This document shows, one piece after another, positions 17,426 to 27,288 of a DNA stretch of 41,991 bases. The first letter of the stretch is position 1, and each line of letters begins with the position of its first letter. A program made the position numbers and the translations under genes. Source of the stretch: a virus; IMG/VR virus record IMGVR_UViG_3300045988_086160, one strand, 5' to 3'. The notes under the pieces were generated by a model, which ran no database searches, was not told where the DNA came from, and was given only the letters and a program-made list of their open reading frames with translations.

Positions 17426-18220
17426 ATGAGAAACACATGCGAAAAGGCTAACCCCTGCATTGACTGCATGTACGCAGTACCCAAAATCGGCGAACAAAAC
17501 TGCCCCTGGGCGGAAAGGTTTGAACCTGTAGAGGGTTGGGTTGCTAAAAAGGCGTACAACCGTTCGGCAAGCGACCCGTCCTGCAAAGAGACGTACGCAA
17601 TTGAGTACTGTCCAAAGTTTAAAATTGACCCAAGGGCATTAACGTACAACACACGGTTTGAGGAAACGCTCGGGCGGATGGAAGCGGCGGTGCGCCGTGT
17701 TGTATCAAATCCGTTCGGCATGACGGAAACGGAAGCTGTAGACTGTCTTTACTCCCGCGCCGAGGTCAGCAGGACGTTTCAACCCGCCGCAAAAGTGCTG
17801 ACAGTGATGAAACTGTTACCGCCGGGCAAGGGAATATCCGTATCGAAAATAACGGAGCGTACACGTCTCACGATGAACGCCGTTGCAAACGCAATTACCA
17901 TTCTTACCGGATGGGGTTGGATATTCGAAGTTGATTGCGACATTATCGACTTCACGGTAACAATAACCCTCAATGGGTTCGATAATCCGCAGAAGGAGGT
18001 GGATATAGTGGAACAGCAAAACAAAATGGTGATTGATTGGCTCAAAGAATACGGCACTATAACAGCGCAAGAGGCTGTTATAGTGCTTGACATATACCGT
18101 TTGTCCGCAAGGATTTATGACCTGAGGGCAAAGGGACACAAAATCCGCACAACGTCTGTATCAAGGACACGAGCAGACGGGCGCAGGGTTTCCTACGCAA
18201 AATATATTCTGGAGGATTAA
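17426..18220 (+). CDS. Cys-rich N-terminal / winged-helix C-terminal DNA-binding protein
   Basis: 264 aa. The C-terminal ...WLKEYGTITAQEAVIVLDIYRLSARIYDLRAKGHKI... is a typical phage HTH module. The N-terminus has CxxC pairs. Confidence 0.55.
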   Translation: MRNTCEKANPCIDCMYAVPKIGEQNCPWAERFEPVEGWVAKKAYNRSASDPSCKETYAIEYCPKFKIDPRALTYNTRFEETLGRMEAAVRRVVSNPFGMTETEAVDCLYSRAEVSRTFQPAAKVLTVMKLLPPGKGISVSKITERTRLTMNAVANAITILTGWGWIFEVDCDIIDFTVTITLNGFDNPQKEVDIVEQQNKMVIDWLKEYGTITAQEAVIVLDIYRLSARIYDLRAKGHKIRTTSVSRTRADGRRVSYAKYILED

Positions 18221-18223
18221 CGC

Positions 18224-18646
18224 ATGAACAAATCTATGTTTATCGGCAATGTTGCCACACAGCCTACAATGCGCACCACACAGTCGGGCAAGAACTACTG
18301 CCTGTTCGTGGTTGCTGTTAACGACCGCCGCAAAAACGGCGAGGAAACGCAGTACATACGCTGTACGGCGTGGGACAAACTGGGCGACATATGCCAACAG
18401 TATCTCACCACAGGCACGAAGGTGTACGTTGAAGGCACTGCGAAGGCACACGGCTATCTGGACAAGAACGCCGAAGCAAAAGCTGAATTGCAGCTAACGG
18501 TGCAGAACATGGAGATGCTGTCGAGCAAGAAAAAGAGCGACCCTCAAAAGCTTGATGAGACAATCACCGATGTTCAGACCGGCTACAGCCGACAGTTTAC
18601 TGACGAAGGCAGGTTTACCGAGGTGGAAGCAGACCTTCCGTTCTAA
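18224..18646 (+). CDS. ssb: Single-stranded DNA-binding protein
   Basis: N-terminal OB-fold pattern MNKSMFIGNVATQPTMRTTQSGKNYCLFVVAVN and an acidic tail ending DLPF. Confidence 0.9.
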   Translation: MNKSMFIGNVATQPTMRTTQSGKNYCLFVVAVNDRRKNGEETQYIRCTAWDKLGDICQQYLTTGTKVYVEGTAKAHGYLDKNAEAKAELQLTVQNMEMLSSKKKSDPQKLDETITDVQTGYSRQFTDEGRFTEVEADLPF

Positions 18647-18675
18647 GTTCTAAAGAAAACCTATACGCACTTACA

Positions 18676-18704
18676 GGCGGGAAGTAAATTACTCCCGTCT
18701 TTTA
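18676..18704 (+). terminator. Intrinsic terminator after ssb
   Basis: GGCGGGAAGTA pairs with TACTCCCGTC (one bulged A), followed by TTTT. Confidence 0.6.
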
Positions 18705-18735
18705 GTGTATATATTCTATTGGTGCAAATTTGTTG

Positions 18736-18764
18736 TTGACTAATCGTGCAGAGTATGCTATAAT
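18736..18764 (+). promoter_or_regulatory. Sigma-A type promoter, TTGACT-17-TATAAT
   Basis: -35 at 18736-18741 and -10 at 18759-18764. It lies inside the track ORF starting at 18730, so the real start is 18793. Confidence 0.65.
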
Positions 18765-18792
18765 CTGCACACGGCTTATGAAGGAGGCTAAA

Positions 18793-19494
18793 ATGATTAG
18801 AAATTGGCTTGAAAAAAAGTTAAAACTGTCCGATGAAGAAATCCGTGCATATGCGTGGATTTTAAAAGAGACTGACGGCGGCGAAAGACCGCTGCAAACA
18901 ACGATGCAAGAATTTAAACAGGCAACGTACCAAACAAAAACGTTTGCCGGTGAGTTACTCAAAGCCCTCGCAACAAAAGGCTGTATCGCGTATAAGCGGG
19001 TTGAGATTTGCAAGGATAGTATGCTGTTCATTCAAGTTGCGGAGTTCGGCAAGCCCCCGCATGAGCTTTGCAATGAAACCCCACCGCTTGCCCCGCCGCC
19101 GACACCTATCGACTACCGAGACTTGATTACGGAGGAAGCAGACCCCGAAGAAGAAAAACGGGAAACCCTCCGACAGGCGATTATAGAGCTTGACAACGAA
19201 AAAGACATCATTATTGAGCCGTGGATGCTCAAATTTAGACTTAAGCCGCTTGCCCTGCTGTACTACGCATACGCTTACAGCAACCGCAGCAGCGAAGACC
19301 GCTGGTATGAAAAAATTACCGACACTTGCCAGAAATTTGAGGTAAAAGAGGCTACCTTGGCACTCGCCAGAAACGCCCTGACGGAAAGAGGGCTGTTCGT
19401 GCGTGAAATCCCGCAACGGAGGGCAAGTACCGCATACCCCTACATAATCAAAACAGAAATGCTTAAAAATTTCAATAATACGGAGGAAAACTAA
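18793..19494 (+). CDS. Replication-module winged-helix protein (hypothetical)
   Basis: AAGGAGG RBS before ATG 18793. 233 aa. Upstream partner of the DnaD-like gene. Confidence 0.55.
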   Translation: MIRNWLEKKLKLSDEEIRAYAWILKETDGGERPLQTTMQEFKQATYQTKTFAGELLKALATKGCIAYKRVEICKDSMLFIQVAEFGKPPHELCNETPPLAPPPTPIDYRDLITEEADPEEEKRETLRQAIIELDNEKDIIIEPWMLKFRLKPLALLYYAYAYSNRSSEDRWYEKITDTCQKFEVKEATLALARNALTERGLFVREIPQRRASTAYPYIIKTEMLKNFNNTEEN

Positions 19495-19495
19495 C

Positions 19496-20566
<1,071 letters not shown>

Positions 20567-20590
20567 AAAAACCGAAAGGAGCAAAAGAAA

Positions 20591-21475
20591 ATGTTTGACG
20601 AAGCTTACAAAGCGTTGATGAACTTAATGGCTTCTCTCACGGACGAAATGAAAGCCGAGGTAGAGAAACTCAAGGCAATGACCCCTCATGAGAGGCTGCA
20701 AGAAGAGGTTGACTACTTTAACGCAACCACACACGGCACACTCAACGAGCAGGACGGTTGGGACTGTCCCACATGCCACAATAGCGGATACATTGCCCGC
20801 ATAGGGATAAACAAGCACGGTGAAGAAGAAATGCAGCACGTCAAGTGCAAGTGCATGAAGGTGCGTAAATCAATCCGTGCGCTCAAGGCAAGCGGGCTTG
20901 AGGATGAAGTCAAGCGTTGCAGGTTTGACAATTACGAGACCACAGAACCTTGGCAAGCAAGACTTAAGGAGACCGCTCAAGCCTTCACAAAAGCCGCACT
21001 CGGGGATAGTTCCGAAGCGCATTGCCTGTTTTTTGGCGGACAAAGCGGAGCGGGCAAAAGCCACCTTTGCACGGCGGTTTTTCGGGAGTTCTTACTGTCA
21101 AACAGGCTTGCAAGGTACGCACAATGGGTTGGCACGGCTCAAGGCATTAAGGCGGTTGCCAATGATGCAGAGGCATACAAAGCCGCAATTGACGAGCTTG
21201 CTGAATGCGACTTGCTGTATATCGACGACCTTTTTAAGCCAGTAAACAATGCTGCACCGACAGCGGCGGACGTGCGACTTGCATATGACATAATCAACCG
21301 CCGATATGTACGGCATAAACCGACTATCGTATCCTCCGAGCTGACCAGCGGCGAAATCATCGACATTGACGAAGCCACAGGCGGCAGGATAGTTGAGATG
21401 GCGGCGGGCTACACCATAAACATCAAACGTGACCGTACCCGCAACTACCGCTTGCGCAGCACCATGGAGGTGTAA
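20591..21475 (+). CDS. DnaC/IstB-like AAA+ helicase loader
   Basis: Walker A GGQSGAGKSHL and Walker B-like LLYIDDL. N-terminal CPTC...C.C zinc motif. Confidence 0.75.
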   Translation: MFDEAYKALMNLMASLTDEMKAEVEKLKAMTPHERLQEEVDYFNATTHGTLNEQDGWDCPTCHNSGYIARIGINKHGEEEMQHVKCKCMKVRKSIRALKASGLEDEVKRCRFDNYETTEPWQARLKETAQAFTKAALGDSSEAHCLFFGGQSGAGKSHLCTAVFREFLLSNRLARYAQWVGTAQGIKAVANDAEAYKAAIDELAECDLLYIDDLFKPVNNAAPTAADVRLAYDIINRRYVRHKPTIVSSELTSGEIIDIDEATGGRIVEMAAGYTINIKRDRTRNYRLRSTMEV

Positions 21476-21476
21476 A

Positions 21477-21902
21477 ATGGAGTTTGTATACAACCTTCGA
21501 GCAATCGGCAAAGGCAGACCCCGAATCAACACATACACGCACGTTGCATACACGCCGAAGACCACACAGGCGTATGAGACGGCTCTGGAGGCTCATACAC
21601 GGGCTTTGATGAGTGCAGACGATAAAATACCTTACCCAGCCGAAATCCCGCTTAAAATCGAAATATGTGCGTTTTACGCTATGCCCAAAAGTTGGAGCAA
21701 AAAGAAACGCGCCGAGCTTGACGGCAAGCCGATGATGCAAAAGCCCGACTGCGACAATGCCGCAAAAGCTATACTTGACGCATTAAACGGTTTAGTGTAT
21801 AATGATGATAAACAGATAACCGAGCTGCACATGACAAAGGTTTACAGCACGGAAGACAAAATAACAGTAAAGATTACGGAGGCAGAAAATGGAGAATTTT
21901 GA
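21477..21902 (+). CDS. rusA: RusA-family Holliday junction resolvase
   Basis: GGAGG RBS before ATG 21477. Motifs KGRPR and DCDNAAKAILDALNGLVYNDDKQI. Confidence 0.85.
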   Translation: MEFVYNLRAIGKGRPRINTYTHVAYTPKTTQAYETALEAHTRALMSADDKIPYPAEIPLKIEICAFYAMPKSWSKKKRAELDGKPMMQKPDCDNAAKAILDALNGLVYNDDKQITELHMTKVYSTEDKITVKITEAENGEF

Positions 21903-22416
21903 AGGACTGGCAATATACGGTGTACAGCCGGGGGAAGTATTTAAAACCGTGAGCGGCACGGACAATACATATGCCGTATCCAACAAAGGCAGGATATTTA
22001 ACTGCCGCAGGCGCAAATTTGTACAGCCCGCAAGCGACACGGTGAGGATAAGACAGGACGGCAAGTGGCGAAACGTAACTCGGCAAAGAGTTGTCGCCGA
22101 AGCCTTCGTGCCGAACCCGAACAACAAGCCTTGCGCACTGAAAATAGACTATGACAAAGGGATTGAAGCCGAAAACCTGTATTGGGGGGAATGGCGGGAA
22201 ACCCTTTACAAACGCAAAGCACAGCAAGGCGACCCACACCCCTTTGTCAAGAAAAGAATCACCGGCACATCAATTCATGATGGCAGCGAGATTCACTACG
22301 ACAGCATGAAAGAAGCAGAAAAGGACGGCTATCTTGTTTGCGGCATAAGCAATTGCGTTCGTGGGCGAAAAAAACGGTACAAGGGCTACACATGGAAGGA
22401 GGTAAACGATGGTTGA
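21889..22416 (+). CDS. NUMOD4 / HNH_3-like protein with degenerate catalytic residues (paralogue 1)
   Basis: YAVSNKGRIFN (NUMOD4-like), VAEAFVPNPNNKPCALKIDYDKGIEAENLYW (HNH_3 layout, but the His position reads K), C-terminal KGYTWK module. Confidence 0.6.
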   Translation: MENFEGLAIYGVQPGEVFKTVSGTDNTYAVSNKGRIFNCRRRKFVQPASDTVRIRQDGKWRNVTRQRVVAEAFVPNPNNKPCALKIDYDKGIEAENLYWGEWRETLYKRKAQQGDPHPFVKKRITGTSIHDGSEIHYDSMKEAEKDGYLVCGISNCVRGRKKRYKGYTWKEVNDG

Positions 22417-22975
22417 GACATGGCAGCCTGTAAAGCGTTTTCCAGATTACGAAGTTTCGAACCTTGGACGTTTTCGGAAAAAGGCAACAGGAAAAGCGGT
22501 AAAGGTGTATAAAGGCTGGTATGTACACCTTATGCGCAACGGCATCCTCTACGCACGGAGTGCAGCAAAGCTGGTTGCGCAAGTTTACGTTCCGAACCCC
22601 GACCCGAAAAACAAAAAACGGGTTGAAAGATACAACCGCAAGTTTACAGACATTCGGGCGGAAAACTTGTATTGGGCAAACTGGGCGGAGCGGGACTGCC
22701 CGGACGAAGACAACCCGATTAAGCAGGCGCAAAAAAAAATTATTGATAAAAAATACGCCGTTATAGGTACATCACTTAAAGACGGACACGAAATCCGCTT
22801 TGAGAGCTGTCAGGCGGCGGGTAGGGCAGGATTCAGCTTCAGGTGCGTCTCCCGATGCTGCCGAGGTGAAAGCAAAACACACAAAGGTTACACATGGAGA
22901 AAGGCGGAGAAAGATAATGACACAGATTCTCGACAGCGGCAACCGTACGGAGTTTCAAACGGGGGCAGTCCGTGA
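22409..22975 (+). CDS. NUMOD4 / HNH_3-like protein with degenerate catalytic residues (paralogue 2)
   Basis: WQPVKRFPDYEVSNLGRFR, VAQVYVPNPDPKNKKRVERYNRKFTDIRAENLYW, KGYTWRK. Same architecture as the upstream gene. The 3' end overlaps the next gene by 59 nt, so the true stop context is uncertain. Confidence 0.6.
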   Translation: MVETWQPVKRFPDYEVSNLGRFRKKATGKAVKVYKGWYVHLMRNGILYARSAAKLVAQVYVPNPDPKNKKRVERYNRKFTDIRAENLYWANWAERDCPDEDNPIKQAQKKIIDKKYAVIGTSLKDGHEIRFESCQAAGRAGFSFRCVSRCCRGESKTHKGYTWRKAEKDNDTDSRQRQPYGVSNGGSP

Positions 22976-23453
22976 CATTCAGCAGGGTAAAGGGCGGTTT
23001 GATTTAATGCCGCTGGACATTATGAGCAAAGTGTTTGAGGTTGAGTTTGCAGACGAATTTGAGGAAGGTAGCATTGCGTATGTGCTGAAATCTATAGCGG
23101 TTTTCCAGCAGACGGGCAACGAAGGCTGGCTGTGTATTGCGATAGCACATTACAGTCAGGCAGTGCATGTTTGCCTCCCAACGCTCATGCTTGACGTTGC
23201 GAAGCATTTCGAAAACGGGGCTTTGAAATACGGAGAACACAACTGGGAAAAAGGTATTCCTGTCAGCCGTTACATTGATTCGGCAGTCAGGCACTTGATG
23301 AAAGATTGCACTTGTGAAACGGACGAAGACCATGCCTCCGCATTTGTGTGGAATTGCATGTGCGCCGCATGGACGATGAAACATAAGCCCGAGATGGACG
23401 ATTACACGCAAAAATGCGACTATCTTGCCTGTAACTTGCCTATAACTTGCTAA
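22917..23453 (+). CDS. dATP/dGTP pyrophosphohydrolase-like protein (DUF5664-type N-terminus)
   Basis: N-terminus MTQILDSGNRTEFQTGAVRDIQQGKGRFDLMP matches the SG.R..F.TGA.RD...GKGR.DL.P signature as I remember it. Start chosen at the internal ATG. Confidence 0.55.
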   Translation: MTQILDSGNRTEFQTGAVRDIQQGKGRFDLMPLDIMSKVFEVEFADEFEEGSIAYVLKSIAVFQQTGNEGWLCIAIAHYSQAVHVCLPTLMLDVAKHFENGALKYGEHNWEKGIPVSRYIDSAVRHLMKDCTCETDEDHASAFVWNCMCAAWTMKHKPEMDDYTQKCDYLACNLPITC

Positions 23454-23486
23454 CAAAAATATATTTGTCGATGGGTGCAAAAACAC

Positions 23487-23515
23487 TTGACAAATATAAA
23501 AGGCAGGGGTATAAT
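23487..23515 (+). promoter_or_regulatory. Sigma-A type promoter, TTGACA-17-TATAAT
   Basis: -35 at 23487-23492 and -10 at 23510-23515. Confidence 0.7.
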
Positions 23516-23559
23516 ACTCTACGAAAAGCGTAGGAAGCGCAAACAAGGAGGATTTAAAA

Positions 23560-23766
23560 ATGATATATTTTTCAATCGAACGTCCTGTATCTATTGGGAC
23601 GTATCCGAAACCGCAAGGCAACCACGTTGACGCAATAGTCAACTTCGATGAACCGATATTTGTTGCCGAAATCGGCAGGTCTGCATGGGGGTACATCGAG
23701 TATGCGCACCCGTTGACAGCGGAGCAGGCGGCGGCATATGAGCTGATAAAAGGCAAGGAGGAATAG
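23560..23766 (+). CDS. Hypothetical protein
   Basis: 68 aa with an AAGGAGG RBS. Confidence 0.6.
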   Translation: MIYFSIERPVSIGTYPKPQGNHVDAIVNFDEPIFVAEIGRSAWGYIEYAHPLTAEQAAAYELIKGKEE

Positions 23767-23767
23767 A

Positions 23768-23896
23768 ATGAATTACTGGGCATTTTTTTGGGCAACAGCC
23801 CCTGTTGCCGCTTGCATGGTGCTAATCTTCGCAAGCAACTGGGTGGAAAAGACAGGGGAAACCCTGCTGGACTGGTGGAGGCGGCACCATGAGTGA
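23768..23896 (+). CDS. Small membrane protein (42 aa, not in the ORF track)
   Basis: Hand-translated as MNYWAFFWATAPVAACMVLIFASNWVEKTGETLLDWWRRHHE. GGAGG lies 6 nt upstream. Its stop overlaps the next ATG. Confidence 0.5.
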   Translation: MNYWAFFWATAPVAACMVLIFASNWVEKTGETLLDWWRRHHE

Positions 23897-24134
23897 TACG
23901 ATTAGCAAAATTGTCTACCTGCTATTGTGGTGTGCATCGTGCTTTGGCGTGCTGGCAATGATATTGCTTATTTTAGTGAACTTTGCGGAAGACTTCCTGC
24001 ATGTTAAATTCAAAAAAGACCTGCCGGAATCAGTAGCAACGGTTTGCGTAACAATTACTACGATTATTGCGGTGGCACTTGCAATATTTGGCGTGATATA
24101 CGGGTCTGTTTGTATATTAACAAAAGGAGTTTAA
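23889..24134 (+). CDS. Small membrane protein (two TM segments)
   Basis: 81 aa with two hydrophobic stretches. Confidence 0.55.
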   Translation: MSDTISKIVYLLLWCASCFGVLAMILLILVNFAEDFLHVKFKKDLPESVATVCVTITTIIAVALAIFGVIYGSVCILTKGV

Positions 24135-24135
24135 C

Positions 24136-24354
24136 ATGGGCAAATTTACGAATTTGGACAGAATCAAAAAGCAAGCGGAATTGACCGAAACGCTTGCGAA
24201 CAGAGTTGTCGGCGACATAGGCGAGCACTGCGAGGCACGGAAAACGCGTTGCTGGTACAACCTGCCGACAGGCACACCGAAAAAAACGCAGATACAAGCG
24301 GACATACTGCGCTTGCGGCGGGAACTGCTTGCGCTGTCAAAAATGCTGGACTAA
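24136..24354 (+). CDS. Hypothetical protein
   Basis: 72 aa, starts 2 nt after the upstream stop. Confidence 0.5.
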   Translation: MGKFTNLDRIKKQAELTETLANRVVGDIGEHCEARKTRCWYNLPTGTPKKTQIQADILRLRRELLALSKMLD

Positions 24355-24374
24355 TGACAGGAGGACGAAACAAG

Positions 24375-24674
24375 ATGAGACTGATTGATGCCGACAAGAT
24401 GGCGGCAGAGGAATTTGAAGCGTTTATATCTGCGCAGGCGAAAATTGCAGATGAAGCACTCCGCATAGTTAACAGCATCGTACACGAAAAAATTCGGCGG
24501 CTAATTGCGGACACTCCGACTGTTGAAGACGCTGCGCAGGTTGTGCGGTGCGAAGACTGTGAACATTTTGGAAATGCAACGGTTAATGCAAAGGGGTTTT
24601 TGATTTGCCCGAACACGGGCATGGACATATGGAATGAGTGCTATTGCGCTCACGGCGAAAGGTTTTGTGACTGA
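24375..24674 (+). CDS. Hypothetical Cys-containing protein
   Basis: AGGAGG RBS before ATG 24375 (the track TTG start 24249 lies inside the upstream gene). 99 aa. CEDCEHF...C...C. Confidence 0.55.
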   Translation: MRLIDADKMAAEEFEAFISAQAKIADEALRIVNSIVHEKIRRLIADTPTVEDAAQVVRCEDCEHFGNATVNAKGFLICPNTGMDIWNECYCAHGERFCD

Positions 24675-24746
24675 CATTTATGTCGGTCACAAAAGATGAG
24701 TGCTAAGGACAGACAATGACTCAAAAGAAAAAGGGGGAAAGAAAAC

Positions 24747-25019
24747 ATGAACAACTTCGAAAAGAACGAAACGCTCCGACAGCTCAGAAAAATGCACGAA
24801 AAATTCGGGCAGGAGATTGCGGTAGAGCGCAAAAACGGTGCACTTCTGAGGTATGGCGAAATAATACTTGACATAATAAAAAATGTCAAGGAAATACCCG
24901 CAACGGAAGATTGTCACGAATGCAAAAATTGCAAATGTCTCGAAATAGAGGAAGCCTATGACGGAAGACGCAGAAGACGCATTTGCACGAAGTTCGACGT
25001 AATTTGCGATGAGGACTAA
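24747..25019 (+). CDS. Hypothetical Cys-rich protein
   Basis: 90 aa with CHECKNCKC and C...C motifs. AAGGGGGA RBS. Confidence 0.55.
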   Translation: MNNFEKNETLRQLRKMHEKFGQEIAVERKNGALLRYGEIILDIIKNVKEIPATEDCHECKNCKCLEIEEAYDGRRRRRICTKFDVICDED

Positions 25020-25061
25020 AGAGAGTGCCTTTACGGCGAAAAGAGAATCGTAGACAATGAA

Positions 25062-25250
25062 GTGGCAGAGCAATGCCCCGAATGCAGCAACTTGGTGTGG
25101 CTAAAGTGGGACGTTGAGCGTGACGGATACACGATATACTGTCCGTATTGCGGATACCGCATGAGGCTGTGTAGCATGTGCGACGTGAGGGACGGCAGAA
25201 AGTGCGACTGGAATAGCAAGACGGGGGAATGCAAGAATGACAAAAGATGA
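25062..25250 (+). CDS. Zinc-ribbon-like small protein
   Basis: 62 aa with CPEC...CPYC...CSMC...C. GTG start with a weak RBS. Confidence 0.45.
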   Translation: MAEQCPECSNLVWLKWDVERDGYTIYCPYCGYRMRLCSMCDVRDGRKCDWNSKTGECKNDKR

Positions 25251-25695
25251 AATTCTGAAATGGCTAAAGCGGATGAACCTTGCTTTCGGAGGCGAGACGG
25301 CGTACACCTTAGAAGGCGGACACACAGTATACTACACAAGCATCATTGTTGACATCTTTGCGGCGGTGAGCAAAATGGAGACCCCGCCGATGACGTGCAA
25401 GGACTGTCCGTTTTTTGAACCCGTATGGGGCGACAGATTCTTAGGGCGATGCACACAGGCGAAAGCGTGGTTTGAGAACCGCTGCATCTGGGATTACTGC
25501 TCAAACGGCAGAATAACCGAAACAGCCGAGCCGCAACCTGACGGTATACAGTTTCGCACGGTTGATGATTTGGGACGGATATGTATACCGAAAGACATCA
25601 GGGACAAACTCGGTATAAAGCGCGGCACGGAGTGCACAGTGTACGCAACGGACGAATTAACTCCCAACGAAATAATTGTGATACAGAGGAAATGA
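25237..25695 (+). CDS. Protein with a C-terminal AbrB/SpoVT-type DNA-binding domain
   Basis: C-terminal RTVDDLGRICIPKDIRDKLGIKRGTECTVY fits the swapped-hairpin AbrB/MazE/SpoVT motif (GRI.IPK.IR..LGI). Confidence 0.6.
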   Translation: MTKDEILKWLKRMNLAFGGETAYTLEGGHTVYYTSIIVDIFAAVSKMETPPMTCKDCPFFEPVWGDRFLGRCTQAKAWFENRCIWDYCSNGRITETAEPQPDGIQFRTVDDLGRICIPKDIRDKLGIKRGTECTVYATDELTPNEIIVIQRK

Positions 25696-25704
25696 GGAAG
25701 AAAA

Positions 25705-25839
25705 ATGACATACGAAGGCGAATGTGAGCATTTTAACCGCATAACGAACACACTCGGCACATGCAAACGATGCACCGAAGGTACTAAGACTGAGGATGAT
25801 TTTTGCTCTAACGGCGAACCCAAGGAGGAAGAGGAATGA
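25705..25839 (+). CDS. Small Cys-containing protein (44 aa, not in the ORF track)
   Basis: Hand-translated as MTYEGECEHFNRITNTLGTCKRCTEGTKTEDDFCSNGEPKEEEE. GAGGAAG RBS. Its stop overlaps the next ATG. Confidence 0.45.
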   Translation: MTYEGECEHFNRITNTLGTCKRCTEGTKTEDDFCSNGEPKEEEE

Positions 25840-26060
25840 AAAAAGTAGAGGATAGATACGGCGGATACAGCCGTGGGAATGCGGCTATCCTTGTCGGAAA
25901 CTTGCCCGGCAGAAAAAAACTGTCTCTGCTTGTCCGTGGAGATGACCCAGAAGACAATGCCGCTTGCATACTGTACAACGCCGCATATTTCAGAAGTGAT
26001 GAGGACGCCGAAAGGTTTTTGGAGGCATTGAGGATAGTGATAGGAGATGAAATAGAATGA
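25836..26060 (+). CDS. Hypothetical protein
   Basis: 74 aa. Start/stop overlaps on both sides. Confidence 0.5.
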   Translation: MKKVEDRYGGYSRGNAAILVGNLPGRKKLSLLVRGDDPEDNAACILYNAAYFRSDEDAERFLEALRIVIGDEIE

Positions 26061-26827
26061 ACGAAATTAAAGTGTTTAACAACGCAGAGTTTGGCAAAAT
26101 CCGAACCCTGAATAGAGACGGCGAACCGTGGTTTGTCGGCAAAGACGTGGCAACGGCATTGGGATACAAAGACAGCGTGAATGCGCTAAAATCCCATGTA
26201 TCCGAGGAAGATAAAGGTGGGTGGCGGATTGCCACCCAATACGGAGAACGTGAAGCGGTAATAATTAACGAATCAGGGCTTTACACTCTGATTTTATCAA
26301 GCAAGTTGGACAGTGCAAAACGGTTCAAACGCTGGGTTACGGCAGAGGTGCTTCCGTCAATCCGCAAGAGCGGCGGATACATAGCGGGGCAGGATAAGAT
26401 GAGCGACACGGAACTGCTTGCAAAGGCACTGTTGGTTGCGCAACGGCAAATCGAACAGCGCAATGCGCAGATTGCGGAAATGCAGCCTAAGGCACTCTTT
26501 GCGGACGCAGTAGCGGCATCCCACGCGTCAATCTTGATTGGTGAGCTTGCAAAGATACTAAAGCAAAACGGAGTTGACATCGGGCAAAACCGACTTTTCG
26601 AGACGCTCCGACAGCAGGGCTACTTGATACGGCGCAACGGCACTGATTACAACAGCCCGACACAAAAGGCGATGGAACTCGGCTTGTTTGAGGTAAAAGA
26701 ATCAACCGTTGGCAACCCTGACGGCTCGGTGCGTGTTACACGCACAACCAAAGTGACAGGCAAGGGACAGCAATATTTCATAAATAAGTTTTTGACGGGG
26801 AAGTGCAACAATGAACGCAGAGATTGA
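26057..26827 (+). CDS. Bro-N / KilAC-domain antirepressor-like protein
   Basis: N-terminus FNNAEFGKIRTLNRDGEPWFVGKDVATALGY is Bro-N. The C-terminal half ...LIGELAKILKQNGVDIGQNRLFETLRQQGYLIRR... is KilAC-like. Confidence 0.8.
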   Translation: MNEIKVFNNAEFGKIRTLNRDGEPWFVGKDVATALGYKDSVNALKSHVSEEDKGGWRIATQYGEREAVIINESGLYTLILSSKLDSAKRFKRWVTAEVLPSIRKSGGYIAGQDKMSDTELLAKALLVAQRQIEQRNAQIAEMQPKALFADAVAASHASILIGELAKILKQNGVDIGQNRLFETLRQQGYLIRRNGTDYNSPTQKAMELGLFEVKESTVGNPDGSVRVTRTTKVTGKGQQYFINKFLTGKCNNERRD

Positions 26828-27134
26828 GACTTTGGCAAAGGCAAAGATACTGGAAATTGCTGTCGAGCTTGAGCGTACACACGGCACACAGGAATCCGAC
26901 TGGGATATGGCGCAGATATGGAGAGACTTTATCAACGGCGAACTTGAACCGTTGTATGCAGGATTAATCAAGGTTGACGCAAAGACCGCCGCTGAGACCG
27001 TCCACAATGCGTTGTGCAGCCGCAAAACAAACGCACTGAGACAATGTATTGCGGACGCAAAAGAAGCGGTAGAGACGCAAACAGACGGCTTTAAACGCAA
27101 GGAATGCTGTTGCAGTGTGAATTACAACAAATAA
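26811..27134 (+). CDS. Hypothetical protein
   Basis: 107 aa. Overlaps the upstream gene by 17 nt. Confidence 0.5.
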   Translation: MNAEIETLAKAKILEIAVELERTHGTQESDWDMAQIWRDFINGELEPLYAGLIKVDAKTAAETVHNALCSRKTNALRQCIADAKEAVETQTDGFKRKECCCSVNYNK

Positions 27135-27139
27135 GCAAA

Positions 27140-27169
27140 GGGCGCAATTCGGGACTCTGGGTTGCGCCT
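27140..27169 (+). terminator. Weak terminator-like hairpin
   Basis: GGCGCAA (27141-27147) pairs with TTGCGCC (27162-27168). The T-run comes only about 10 nt later. Confidence 0.35.
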
Positions 27170-27200
27170 AAAATATATCTTTTTAGAGCAATAAAAACGC

Positions 27201-27229
27201 TTGACAGGATAACAGAAAGGGGGTATAAT
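27201..27229 (+). promoter_or_regulatory. Sigma-A type promoter, TTGACA-17-TATAAT
   Basis: -35 at 27201-27206 and -10 at 27224-27229. Confidence 0.7.
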
Positions 27230-27288
27230 AATGTACATCAGGTGAGGCGGACACATAAAAACGCAGAAGGAGAAACACAAAGCATAAC

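Noticed and set aside
23466-23472. Spo0A boxes (TGTCGAA) near early promoters, as in phi29
   Set aside because: I noticed only a one-mismatch TGTCGAT near the 23487 promoter, plus scattered TTCGACA inside coding DNA. This is not convincing without a computed scan.
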